From assembly GCA_000934665.2 (NCBI GenBank), contig JYFJ02003932.1, forward strand, positions 1 to 36,421: a DNA stretch of 36,421 nt, in the 5' to 3' direction. Source of the DNA: Catajapyx aquilonaris (taxonomy: Eukaryota). The translations under genes were made by a program, and so were the position numbers. Below, piece after piece: positions 36,389-36,421 of this stretch; the stretch's first letter is position 1, and every line of letters starts with the position of its first letter. The notes beneath the pieces are model-generated. The model ran no database searches. It worked only from the letters and a program-made list of their open reading frames with translations, and was not told the origin of the DNA.

Positions 36389-36421
36389 CAGGGGCGGATC
36401 CAGACTTTCGATTGGGGGGGG
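36389..36421. mobile_element. Probable left terminus of a hAT-type MITE (cut by the window end)
   Basis: CAGGGGCGGATCCAG followed by a G-run is a common start of non-autonomous DNA transposons. The other end is not visible. Confidence 0.4.

Noticed and set aside
1..36421. CRISPR array or prokaryotic operon/defence system
   Set aside because: No regularly spaced direct repeats and no gene-dense coding. Microsatellites, a SINE and Helitrons indicate eukaryotic non-coding DNA.

Overview
Repeat-rich, apparently non-coding eukaryotic DNA, either intergenic or a large intron. The tRNA-derived SINE and the mariner relic point to an insect host (inference). I found no credible intact protein-coding gene, rRNA, true tRNA or CRISPR array, and the short ORFs in the track look like chance ORFs or fall inside repeats. 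The first 16 kb holds many non-autonomous transposons: three copies of a palindromic CATGG...CCATG MITE, three TA-flanked Tc1/mariner-type MITEs, a DINE-1/HINE-like fragment, and a 4.5-kb nest (3822-8308) with Chapaev3-like ends. That nest encloses two inverted Helitrons, one of which sits inside a pogo/Tigger-like MITE. Further on are a tRNA-derived SINE, a decayed mariner 5' end, several hairpins (including a perfect 58-bp palindrome) and microsatellites. The strongest unusual signal is a set of TA-GGCC-TA and TA-CWG-TA micro-insertions. Comparing paralogous repeat arms inside the window shows directly that these are insertions, and they look like transposon excision footprints. I found no support for a novel protein-coding system.
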